Assembly: GCA_977016875.1 (NCBI GenBank)
Contig: CDRNST010000083.1
Span: forward strand, 62,001-126,000
Direction: 5' to 3'
From: Pavona decussata
Lineage: Eukaryota
Length of the DNA stretch: 64,000 bases
Part shown: positions 10,086 through 21,878 of the stretch, in pieces
Numbering within the stretch: position 1 is the stretch's first letter
Layout: each line of letters begins with the position of its first letter
Translations under genes and position numbers: made by a program
The notes under the pieces: generated by a model
Seen by the model: only the letters and a program-made list of their open reading frames with translations
Database searches by the model: none
What the model was told of the DNA's origin: nothing

Positions 10086-13000
10086 TTTATGTTGACGACT
10101 GTTTCAAATCGGTTAAATCGTCTGAAAATGCTGTTGAAGTTGCGGATCAGCTCCGAAATATCCTCTCCAAAGGCGGATTTCGACTCACCAAGTGGTTATG
10201 TAACAGACCAGAGGTCTTGAATTCTATTCCTCAAGTTGAAAGAGCTCCATCAGTGCTAGACCTTGACCTAGACAAAGAGAAACCACCGATACAACGAACA
10301 TTGGGACTTCACTGGGATATGAAGAGTGACAAGTTTATGTTCAAGGTGGCCCTTAAAGACAGACCAAATACCCGCCGAGGTATACTTTCCTTGACGAGTT
10401 CTGTTTATGGTCCACTTGGATTTGTCGCACCAATCATCCTACCGGCCAAGAAGCTGTCGCAAGATCTCTGTAAACAGAAGCTTGGAAGGGACGATTCAAT
10501 CAGCGATATTGACAGCGAAAGGTGGGAGAAGTAGAAAAGCCAGTTGTCCAGTCTCTCTGAGATAACAGTAAACAGATGCGTCAAGCCACCCTGCTTTGGA
10601 GACTTGAAACTCGCCCAGTTACACAACTTTGCAGTATGCGTATGGGGCAGTCTCGTATCTCAGATTAGTGGATGTCGAGGATAGGATCCATTGCGCGTTT
10701 CTCGCGGGAAAATCTCGCCTGGCTCACCTTAGACCTATGACTATGCCAAGATTGGAACTGTCAGCTGCTGTGTTAGCCGTTCAGTTAGACCAGTCTATGA
10801 GAGAGGAACTGGGCATCCCGATCACACAATCTACATTTTGGTCAGACTCCACCTATGTGTTACAGTACATCAGAAATCAGTCAAGGAGGTTTCATACATT
10901 TGTTGCAAATCGACTGTCCGTTCTTCACGAGAAATCGACACCCTCCCAGTAGAGACACGTAGGTTCTGAGCTCAATCCAGCAGATGAAGGTAGCAGAGGT
11001 CTTACGGTGCAAACAGCAAATGGCTGAACGGTCCCCCGTTTTTGAGAAAAGAGGAGGAGTTTTGGCCTCGCGATCCTACAGTTTACCAACCGGAACTGTC
11101 AGAAGACGATCCGGAGATCAAACGTGACACCCAGTCCCACAGTCAATCGTTAATTCTTCAGCGAAGTGAAGAGGTTCTCTCGAGCCTAACGGAGCAGTAC
11201 TCGTCGAGGGAAAGATTGAAGAGAGCTGTTGCCTGGCTATTAAGCTTAAGAACATGGTTTATCGCGCGATACCGCCAAAGTACGAGTAATGGTAAAGCTC
11301 AGGGAAATTTAGAGATGACACCCTCCCTGACGGTGGACGAAATACAAAAGGCTGAAAATGCCGTTATCAAACATGTACAAAGATTATCATTTCAAGAAGT
11401 CTTGCAGGCCTTGGAAAGAATTGGTTCATCCCAGCATTCCCGTCGAGCAACTTGTGAGTTAAGGAAGTCAAAGATACCGGTTCACATGAAAAAGCTCCAT
11501 CCGTTTTTGGACGAAAAAGGAATCGTTGGAGTTGGAGGAAGACTTGAAAATGCGTTAATCAAGTTTGAAGCAAAACATCCAATTGTTCTCCCTTATCGTC
11601 ACCATGTTACCAATTTGATCATCTCTCAGCATCACCAGAAAACCGGTCACCGCGGTCAAGAGTACGTTTTGTCAAGTTTACGTCAATTATATTGGATAAT
11701 AAAGGGACGTTCAGCTGTCCGTCGAGTCATTAGCAGCTGTTTCCTTTGCAAGAAACTTGGTGCCGTGCGTGGAGAACAACTGATGGCGGACCTGCCAAAG
11801 GAAAGATTGATGTCAGGGGGTCCGCCATTCTCGCATGTAGGTGTGGACTATTTTGGCACCCTTTATTTGCGTCAAGCTGGTTCAAATGTTAAGCGTTATG
11901 GGTGCCTGTTTTCCTGTCTAGTCACTAGAGCTGCCCATATCGAATTTGTTCTTTCGCTCGACACCGATGGCTTCATTAACGCATTGCGAAGATTTATCAA
12001 TCTTAGAGGAAATCCAATCACCATATGCAGCGACAACGGGACAGATTTTCGCGCTGGAGAGAAAGAGATCCGTGAATCGTTAGAGGATTGAAATCAGCAN
12101 NNNNNNNNNNNNNNNNNNNNNNNNNNNNNNNNNNNNNNNNNNNNNNNNNNNNNNNNNNNNNNNNNNNNNNNNNNNNNNNNNNNNNNNNNNNNNNNNNNNN
12201 NNNNNNNNNNNNNNNNNNNNNNNNNNNNNNNNNNNNNNNNNNNNNNNNNNNNNNNNNNNNNNNNNNNTGTGGGGTCGTTTGCAATTAACTAATTACAAGT
12301 AAACTAAAGAAGCTAAAAACTAGGGGTATATACCGACAAAATGTTTGAACTAAATTAACGCTTACAAATATGAAATCATGAGCATGAAATTAATTCCTCT
12401 ACACCAGAGGAAAGTCATATGGAAATTTAATCCACCTTCAGCGTCGCATATGGGAGGTGCCTGGGAACGGATCATTCCATCCATTCGTAAGATCCTGAGG
12501 GCGTTGCTAGGGCAACAACATATCTCTGACGAAATGCTGAGAACCATGATGACCGAAGTTCAAGGGATCTTGAACAGCCGACCCTTGACCCTAGTTAGCA
12601 GCGATCCAAAAGACCTCGAGCCACTTACGCCAAACCATCTGTTGTTGCTGAGAGCCAATATAAATTTACCCGTCGGCATTTTCAGCAAGGAAGATGTTTA
12701 CAGCAAGTGCCGTTGGCGCCAAGTGCACTACATGTCCGATATTTTTTGGAAGCGCTGGCTTAAGGAGTATTTGCCAACCATTCAAGAGAGAGCAAAGTGG
12801 TCAGAGCCTCGTCGTTGTTTAGCGATCGGCGATTTAGTGTTAATCGCGGATGAAAACGTCCACCGCGGAAAATGGCCGCTAGCCAGAGTAACCGATGTTT
12901 ACCACGGAAAGGATGGATATGTCAGATCTGCCAAGGTTGAAACGAGTTCGACAATTCTCATTAGACCGGTGACAAAACTATGCTTTCTCGAAGAAGATAA

Positions 13001-13130
13001 AGTGCGTTAATTCAAGTAGCTGAACTTTGAGCAAAGAACTTGTTTCTTCAGAAATAAAAGGGTTCAAAAACACTTACAATTCTAGTCAAAAAACGACTTA
13101 AACGTTCGTGTCAAATTGGTGACGCCGGTG

Positions 13131-13570
13131 TGTAGCCACGAGATTAAAAATTTTTTTTCCTATTGTTTTGTTATCAATTCAAATATTTGTCATCACGTTT
13201 TAGTTTACCTTTTGGAATTTAGTTTATACGCACATGTTTTTCTAGCAAGTTAGTTTCTCGGCGTCGCGTTACGTAATCGTTTATTGTTTAGTTCGTAACT
13301 TCGTTAGGCCTATTCTTTTCGTTTCAAATTAGTATAAAAGTTTTGTATTCCGCCCTTGTAAGCAGTTGTTGTTTATCCGGAGTTGCCGTACAGATCTTGT
13401 AAGTGCTTATATTTTTGCTTGTGAATTTTTGGTTTCATTTCTTGTTCGATTGTTGTACGTTCACTTTAATTTTCTGTTGGCGTTTATTAATTCTGTTTTT
13501 TTCTTTTGTTACATTTGTTCTAGTGAAACGCGTTTAAGTATTAAAGTGTGCATTCGAAACTGTACTTGGA
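13131..13570 (+). repeat. 3' LTR of the BEL/Pao element (end hidden in gap)
   Basis: Similar to the 5' LTR with scattered substitutions and indels. Confidence 0.85.
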
Positions 13571-13706
13571 NNNNNNNNNNNNNNNNNNNNNNNNNNNNNN
13601 NNNNNNNNNNNNNNNNNNNNNNNNNNNNNNNNNNNNNNNNNNNNNNNNNNNNNNNNNNNNNNNNNNNNNNNNNNNNNNNNNNNNNNNNNNNNNNNNNNNN
13701 NNNNNN

Positions 13707-14958
13707 TGAACAAATCTTATCTCAGTCATATGAGCTACCAGAAGATTTCCTCGTAAAATCAGCACAACAGGCAGTAACAAGGGAAAGATCAAAGGAACTC
13801 GTAGACAGTACAGAGCGTATAAAGGAGATGGCACCTTGTAAGACTAAGTGAGCATTGAATCTGGCGGCGGAAAAAGGATCATCGGCGTGGCTTACAGTCC
13901 TCCCTCTTCAAGATCTGGGTTTCAACCTGAATAAAAGGCAGTTCCGCGACGCTGTTAAACTACGCCATGACTGGCCAATAGATGATATCCCTTCCACATG
14001 TGCCTGTGTGGAAGTTTTTACAGTTGACCACTCCATGATCTGTAAATTAGGAGGTTTCGTCATTCAGCGCCACAATGAGATCAGAGATCTGGAAGCTAAA
14101 CTCCTCAGTACAGTTTGTAGTTACGTTAATACTGAGCTAGTTCTCCTAGACATCTCTGGAGAACAGTTAAGTAGAGACTCCAACATAACACAAGATGCGA
14201 GATTGGAAATCCATGCACGTGTGTTCTGGGAGCAACAATGATCGGCATTCTTTGAAGTAAAGGTTTGCCACCCCAGTGCTGAATCGTATAAGGACCTGGA
14301 GCCGCGACAGATCTATCGTACGCATGAGAATGAGAAAAAGCGCCTGTTCTCAAGGAGAGTTCTCGACATTGAGCGTGGGACATTTACACCTTTGGTCTTC
14401 ACTACAACCGGCGGAATGGGCAATGAATGCTTGAGATACCAAAGTCGAGTAGCCGAGCTGATTGCTATCAAGCAAGGGGAGCAATATGCCAAATATGCCA
14501 AAACCATGTCATGGATCAGAAGCCGAACTTTATTCGCACTGTTAAGATCTGCCCTCGACTGTCTTAGAGGTTCTAGGACATTACGAAGAATTCAACGTGA
14601 CATCAAGAACGCGGACATTGACATTGAAACTGCAGAAGGAGCAATTTGAGAGATGCGTAATTTTGTTTATTTTTTTTTTCTTTTAATCAAGTGGAGCTAA
14701 TTTTGAAATGCTGAATTTATTTTTTTTTTTACTTCATGACATTTGTTTTTTTCTTTTTCTTTACAAAAACATCATGCAGTAGTCTCGTTTTTCTTTTCGC
14801 AATCGCATATCTAAAAAAATTATTACTGAAATTGTGCTTGAAAATAGTCTCTTTTTTAATCGAAATAAATTGTAAATAGGTTTTTAATAGCTCTTTTTAT
14901 ATATACTTTTAACGTGTAAATAGCAATTTGTGTGGAATAAAGATATATTTCATTATGA

Positions 14959-14960
<2 letters not shown>
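13707..14960 (+). mobile_element. Degenerate CRE-like non-LTR retrotransposon fragment (second family)
   Basis: [45 protein letters not shown]; in-frame stops, a 9-bp duplication (YAKYAK); shared 3' UTR motif then (TTA)n. Confidence 0.8.

Positions 14961-15004
<44 letters not shown>
14961..15004. repeat. (TTA)n microsatellite
   Basis: Run between the CRE-like 3' end and the Dong-like 3' end. Confidence 0.95.
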
Positions 15005-15700
15005 GTGCAGTTAAAAAACGTTTGTATGCTAAAATAGAACCACGTGGGGCGCGCAGCGTAACCTATCTGATCTTAAGGAACTATAAAAAGAAAATTGCTG
15101 AGTTAAAAAAAAAATTGCGATAAAATATAAAAATCTCATAAACTATAAAAGTTCTCTAATACAAAAACTATATGGAGCTTCTACGCTATTCCCTAAAGGA
15201 AAGTCAATTGACGGTAGCTTTGAAAGTTCTCACTATGTTGAGAGAACTCGAGATGGTAGCCTTCTGCATCCTTCTCAATACGTCATAACCCCTGCTGCCA
15301 AAGAGCTTCCTCATTGTCAGGTCTACATCCCTTGACCATCCCCCAAGCACGTCAATGATGATGTTACATTGTTCAACGTCATAGGCAGGGTACTGCTTCT
15401 TCAGCTCTAATCGCAGTGGCCCGTACTTGACCGTCTTCTCCTCGGACTTCTTTTCCCGATGCTCCATCCACGGACAGGACATCTCCACAGCCCACACCTT
15501 CTTATTCTTGTGGTCCACAAATCGAGCGTCCACTCTGTTAGCCTTGACGGTGGTATGTTCAGCATAAACTGGAACATCCCAAAACGCTAATACCTCAGAT
15601 GACTCATAGACTGGTTTGGGCACTGCACACGAGTACCAGGGAGGGACTGAATCAATTAGCCTCAGATCCCTCGTCATCTCTTTCAGTGCTGCGTTGTGTC
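15005..15700 (-). mobile_element. 5'-truncated R4-clade (Dong-like) RLE non-LTR retrotransposon
   Basis: RHNA..FWDVPV..NRVDARF..VEMSCPW..EKTVKY..IIIDVLGG endonuclease motifs (ORF 15204-15797); flanked by (TAA)n on both sides in its own sense. Confidence 0.75.
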
Positions 15701-15785
<85 letters not shown>

Positions 15786-15786
15786 T
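15701..15786. repeat. (TTA)n microsatellite
   Basis: Pure run. Confidence 0.95.
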
Positions 15787-15950
15787 ACAGATTTCATTTT
15801 TGTTTTCAGGAATTATTAACATAACTTGCGGACACAGGTCTGGGCTAGTTATGTTACACTCAATCATTTTCATTACATTCAAACAGTTTATACGTATTCA
15901 TAGAACTTCTTATTAAATAAACGTGTAATTATAACTAAACGTGTATTAAT

Positions 15951-15951
15951 A

Positions 15952-16016
<65 letters not shown>
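15951..16016. repeat. (TTA)n microsatellite
   Basis: Pure run. Confidence 0.95.
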
Positions 16017-16017
<1 letters not shown>

Positions 16018-16079
16018 ACAAACCAACGGCAATGATTTTTTAAGGAAGGAGGGAAGAAGGGATGGGAGTTGAATGTCAA

Positions 16080-16520
16080 ATGTTTTTGAGAAACTGTCAA
16101 AGAAGGACGGAGAGCCCTATGCTGTAGTGATCACATGGCTAAGAACAAGTTTATCGTTTGAGAGTTTAAGATCTGTATACCTGAGTATCAGGGGTTCCAT
16201 AATGCCATTTTGTAACGCAAATGAGGTCTTAGACGATTTCGGATTGAATGTTAACGCTGCAGAAGTATATTTTAGTTTTTTTGATTCATGGGAAAACGGT
16301 GGAATCGATTGGCTGTTTATTATTTACACTCAAGCGGAATTTTTTTTGAAAACTTCGATAGTTCTTAGATGACGATGTATAATTTGGCCCCTTTTGATCT
16401 AAGCACGTAGCTTTAATTTTTGCGAAAAGTTTGTATAGAGTTTCGCTTTAAATTGATTGATTTTTAGTGCTTGTAAAATAAGTTTTGAATTTTATAATAT
16501 GTATATTTGGCTATAAAGGG
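16080..16520 (+). mobile_element. C-terminal/3' UTR fragment of a third CRE-like family
   Basis: KKDGEPYAVVITWLRTSLSFESLRSVYLSIRGS is homologous to [32 protein letters not shown] of copy 1. Confidence 0.65.
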
Positions 16521-18650
16521 TTTTTATGCAGTTACGTGCTATATTGCAATTACTTTATAAACTTAGCAAGGACCACTTCTACAAACTTAGCCGGAGCAAT
16601 TTGTAGCTGGATCTTCATGTAGATCAGAATCAGCAATGGACTAAATAAAACAACATGAAAGATGCAAGGCTGATCGAACGGCAAGTATTTAAATAACATT
16701 GTCCAATATTTCGGTTAGTCAACCTGACTAACCTAAATCATTGAAAATGGAGGCAAACGGTTACAATATTTAAAACTAGGTAAGGTAAAATGATGATGAG
16801 GTTAAAAGGAATGACCATAAACAAACAAACAAAGGTGTGAGAGGTATAACGTTCAAAACAGAAATCAAAAAATGTAACCACAAAAGAAATGGAATCAAAA
16901 TATTTTAAAGAGTTAAGATCGCGTCTGTACATAGCCGGTTAGGTTCTAACGTATTACCATTTGAAATTAAATGTCCTTCTCTGGCTTTTCGAATGCTGTC
17001 TCTATTTGAATTAATGAGTTCCAGAGGGATGATACGAGTGTCCGAGTACCGAAAAATGGTCTGAGAAGGCAGTGGGCTGATCAGGTTGTCGTTTATTTAA
17101 GACTTTTTCGACTCCTCCGTGTTGATCATCGTTATCTATTGTAGGTAACGTTGGTCACAAAATTCACACAAAGTGAAAATAGCGATTATTGAAACTTATC
17201 TAAATACACATCTTCGAAACGAGACTAGAATGAGCGAATGGTGAAAACTACATTACAACAAACTCAGTTCGAAAGCTAAAGACGAAACGAAAAGCGGTCT
17301 TTGAAAAGACGAAACAGACACTAAAAGACAACTAATATTTAGACCTGCTTATAAATGTTTTTACATGTGAAAAAACCGATATGAATAATAATTGAACAAT
17401 CGGCAATTAGTTGAGAATGTTTCTTTGCTTGTTTCGAAAGTTGTCTGTTTCTTGCTTTTAATTCCCTTGTGTGATCTGTCATCTTTGTCTCCAATTCTAC
17501 AGCGCCGAACCAGTTCTGAACGATTGTATGTTTGAACTCACAGCTGAACTTTCGCAAGTGGGCAATATAAATTTTAATGATCCCTCTTCATATGGTCGCG
17601 AATTCACCGCGTCCTCCGTTGACTGCAGCTAGTAATCCCAAACCAAGTATTATCCAAAACGCCCTCTATTGTTATCCCCATTTTTTTTTTTTTTTTTTTT
17701 TTTTCATTTGAAACAACACTGTATGCCTAATAATTAATGTATGCGGCTGCTGTGCGGAAATCTTGTCAACCGATTAAGAACGAAGACTGAAACAAGTTCG
17801 CGTGAATATTTCTCGTAGTGTCGGAATCAGTCGTTACGGTTCGTTCACAAATTAAATAAATACATACACACAGAGATTAAGCCCAGTCTGGATTTGAACT
17901 TGCAATAGCTTTGCGAAATAAATATCACTCAAGAAACCTTCTCTCAAAAGTAGTTATAAAAACAAGATTTAAATTCAGAGATAAACATAAGATACTGCGA
18001 CTACTTGTGTAACGCAATATTTAACTCATGGACTATTGGCCTCAGTTCGTTCCGAAAGACTCACTGAAAGGTGATGGACACTTAATCCCTCTGGGCTTAT
18101 CAGATTAAAAATTCTCAAATTACAAGACGAATGGTAAAGCAAGCCAAGGCAGTTGTGCCGTCCAAGACGGCCGAGTCATGTGTCCGTCTCTACTATAAAA
18201 TCTGCCATTGTGGTTTTAGCTGATTTTATGGATTTTTCACGAAAATTTCCCAAACCGAACTGGAATATCTCGAGGGTTACTTCAATGAAACATGCACGCA
18301 AGGAAAGACCGTGGTACTTTTTTGACGAGCACGAATTTCATAGATAAAATTGTGAAACCTGTAAATCGCAAACTGAACCAGGAAATAAATGTTAGTTTGC
18401 TACAATAAGCCACACTTCCAGACTTCAAAAGCGTCTAAGATACAACAGTTGTCATCAATGATGCTTACCAAACTAACTACACATTTGGCATGTTTTTGTT
18501 GTATGAATTCGGAATGCATTGCTCGATTACAGACGTTAATAAACGAGCAGCAAAATACTGAAACCTCATTGTTAAACATGTGAGTATTTGCACAAGCTCT
18601 AACTTTTAAAACAAGTAAACCGATGCCTGTCAAAATAGCATTACGCTCAC

Positions 18651-18720
18651 CTGATACCAAAGAGAGAACCAAAGAGAGGAGTGCCATCCAGATATATAGT
18701 TTGTGATAATAACGCGCCAT
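18651..18720 (-). CDS. Probable first coding exon (signal peptide) of a secreted or membrane protein gene extending left out of the window
   Basis: ATG..MARYYHKLYIWMALLSLVLSLVS-G followed by a phase-1 donor CAG|GTGAGC; basic N-region, hydrophobic core, V-S-G cleavage-like end. Confidence 0.55.
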
Positions 18721-20343
18721 GTTGGCTTGTCTTAATTTAGAGTACAAGGCAGCCTTGTTCGTGTCTCCTCGTTACTATACTAAGTCTTTTATTTCAATAT
18801 TAATAATTAATCAGTGCTTCCCTATCATAAGGTAACATAAGAAAAACATGGTCACGAAATTGTCACGATTTCCTTGTCGGCTACCATTTAGACTTTGACT
18901 ATAACTAGTTATCAAGAAATACCCTTGCTATCTATTCACCGTCATAGTGAACGTCTTTATTTCTTTATTTCTTTGAGAGTTTGAGAAATGACTTTTATTT
19001 ATTTCTCTACTCGTGAGCAGGCGGTATCCTAAAAATCCTACAATCTGATTGGCCCCTAGAGTAGGGAGAGTTTTCCTACGTCTTGACAACGGTCACGGTA
19101 AAGTGAACTTATCGACGAAACGAAACGATGGCTTTTTCCTCTTGAAATGAAACTTTTCGTCACTAAACGTTGTAAAACGAACGAAAAAATCAGCAATGGA
19201 AGGATTGGCTGTTCTCCGAAGAGGCGTGTATTCGCGTGATTTCGTTGACAAAACTTTGCTGGTTTGCTGTTTGTGAGATATCGTTTTTCTTGCAGTGTTG
19301 ACACGCGTAAACTTAACGTAATAGTGCTAACTGCAGAGCAGTCTTTTGGGCTCAGTTTTTCGGTCCATATGCGTTAATTCCATTCGAGTTCTATTTATAG
19401 TTTGGCAAGTTCCTGATTTTTTAGCGATTGATAACTATTCATGAATTTATAAATTGATACGCATTGGACGGTACAGACTTTTTGCTGAAGCTCATTTCCT
19501 GACAGAAAGGAACCGGAAACCGGGTCATCACTTGGGCTTCATATGATGATGATATGATCGATGGCACGTCTGGAATCCAAACCTTTGCCAACCAACCAGT
19601 CTTGGGATGGACAGGAGGGGGAAACATCTCAGAATTCCATATGGTCGGAAACGTGTCAAACAGAACTCGATACCATGACAAAACTATAATTTAGAATCAG
19701 GGACCGCGGAGCATTTCTTCGACTGTGGGAGGAGGGATATTCAAGGCGCTTGCCTTCTGGGCGGGGCAGGAGGCATGCTACCCAGGAAAATGTTTCAGCA
19801 AATTGTGGATATGTCTTTAGAGTTCAGAAAGCCTCTCAGAATAGTCTCTTTGGTTGATCAAAACGTTCTTCGATGGCGGACGCTATCATCAAACTTGTGC
19901 CTTAAAACAGATTCTTCGAGCCTCTCGTATCCTGAGGAATCACAGGGAATAAAGGTGCTCCAGTTCCAACCTTAAATCTCATAGGAGTCCTTTTATTATT
20001 ATACTTCAGGCTCTGCAACGAAAATATAAAGCTGTTTTTTGCGCAGCACTGTTTGATAAACAGTTGCAAAACATATAACATATTTCTAATCTTCAATGGG
20101 CACATCCGTTTGTGCGCTTGCCAACTATCAGCTGGCATGCCTGCTGTCTGTAAAGTCCCCGATAGATTGTTTGTATGGGAAAAATTTTCTGACCCAGATT
20201 TAATCCAAAAAATACAATCCTTTTCATTGCGCTCGGTAACCAATAATTCTGCTACCGAATGTCTGATTCTAGTCTTATTTCAAGGCCATCATTCCATAGC
20301 GTAAACAATCCTTTGTAATTGTCAACGGATTTTGGAAAACGGG

Positions 20344-20473
20344 TAGCCTGTGTAACAGGCATAATCAGGGAGGGGGGAGGGGAGCGAGAGGAAGTGAGAG
20401 AAGTCCCCCTTTTCTTCTCTTTCTTTTTCTCGCTCTCCTTCCTCCTACTCGATGACGCCTGTTACGCAGGCTA
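20344..20473. mobile_element. TAGCC-terminated MITE
   Basis: TIRs TAGCCTGTGTAACAGGC / GCCTGTTACGCAGGCTA; flanks AAAACGGG / AAAACTGGG. Confidence 0.75.
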
Positions 20474-20594
20474 AAAACTGGGCCGCTCGCAAGATATCAG
20501 TGATGGATTTACCTCAAACCACAATACCGGGCGAAGGCTTTCAATTACACTACATGATCAGATATGAACTGCAAGTTGGTAATGGTAAATACTT

Positions 20595-20989
20595 CTAAAA
20601 ATTATTAGGGGCAGCTATATTCCCCACCGGCTCTGTGGCTCCTGAGAATACCCTGCAACAGCAAAACTCTACATCCTGCCTCATAACGAGGAGACATTTT
20701 GTCTACCATGCGCAGCTTTTATTATGTTCAGAAAAAACGTTCCAGAGATGCAACATCAGCTGCGATTTTGGCTGAATTGACCAAAAATGCTTCTCCTAAA
20801 AATTATTAGGGGTAGCTATATTCCCCACCGGCTCTGTGGCTCCTGAGAATACCCTGCAACGGCGAAACTCTACATCCTGCGTCATAACGAGGAGCCATTT
20901 TGTCTACCACGCGCAGCTTTTATTATGTTCAGAAAAAACGTTCCAGAGATGCAACATCAGCTGCGATTTTGGCTGAATTGACAAAAAAT
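20595..20989. repeat. Tandem duplication, ~201-bp unit x2
   Basis: CTAAAAATTATTAGGGG..GGCTGAATTGAC recurs at 20595 and 20796 with few mismatches. Confidence 0.9.
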
Positions 20990-21182
20990 CGTATCGTTGA
21001 AAACGGCTCAAAAGTTGGCATACTTCATTGCTAATCAGGGTACCCAACGGGTCATTTCGGTGTATATCTGTTCAAGTGGTCTTTTTCGCCTCAGAAATTC
21101 GGATTAAGATGTGCACTAGAAGAAAATCTCAAGTTTCCTTCGACAAAACGTCAGCTCAAGATTCGTAACACTGCAAAACTTG

Positions 21183-21184
<2 letters not shown>

Positions 21185-21268
<84 letters not shown>
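21185..21268. repeat. (TTA)n microsatellite
   Basis: Pure run with no inserted element. Confidence 0.95.
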
Positions 21269-21269
<1 letters not shown>

Positions 21270-21719
21270 TGTTTTTGGAGGGGTAAATTTGTCGTTGAAA
21301 GTGCGACTGAAATAATTGGTCAGACAGCTGGTTTTCGTGCTGAGCCAGCAGCAACTCGTAAGTTCAAGAATAAGATGCTGTTTCTTTCTGCAACTGAAAT
21401 TTTCAAATTGTTTTAGCTTACAAACGTTCTGGGAAGATCTGGGAACATTAGGCCGGAGACAACTACTTTAGTATTTCAGAATGGCAGACATGACGAAAAC
21501 AGATGGAGTCGATCAGTTTTTTGGTTTTATTGACGATCGTCAAAACTGCTAATAAGTTTCTTCTAATCCGTCTTTAATTTCTGGCAGATAACTCATTTTT
21601 CTTGATAACCATTCAATTTCGTCCGTTCTGTCACTCTCGCCACAGTCTGATTTTTGACAAATCTGGTGCCCCTCTCACGCTCTTCAGCGCCAACCAGGAG
21701 CCCATTCGCCAACTCATTT

Positions 21720-21878
21720 TAGCCTGTGAACAAGCTCCCATTGTGGGGCATAGGGTGAAGAGAACGGAGAGCGGAGAGCAAAGCGAGCAGAGCGGACAGA
21801 GCCGTGCGCGCCGAAGACCGAGCTAGATTTTCTCTTCGCCCCTGTCTTCGCCCTATACCCCGCTAACTCATTAGGCTA
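21720..21878. mobile_element. TAGCC-terminated MITE
   Basis: TAGCCT..AGGCTA termini with ACTCATTT duplicated on both flanks. Confidence 0.65.

Larger units (their letters stand above)
6487..13010 (+). pseudogene. Disrupted gag-pol polyprotein of the BEL/Pao element
   Basis: Fragments in ORFs 6426-6845, 6864-7046, 7075-7470, 7730-8881, 8941-9177, 9181-9894, 10217-10534, 10629-10952, 11042-12091 and 12378-13010. Confidence 0.9.
6013..13570 (+). mobile_element. BEL/Pao LTR retrotransposon, near full length, inactivated
   Basis: Two similar LTRs (6013 and 13131, both start TGTAGCC); gag [11 protein letters not shown] and three Cys/His knuckles; protease LIDSGS; RT ([23 protein letters not shown], split YVDD); RNase H; integrase GVDYFG/SDNGT; C-terminal GDLVLI..WPLARV; order PR-RT-RH-IN; many stops and frameshifts. 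Confidence 0.93.

Noticed and set aside
19902-20243. Minus-strand RFKVGTGA resembling a Gypsy protease FKVDTGA
   Set aside because: Single short motif lacking the catalytic Asp, with no supporting RT or integrase nearby
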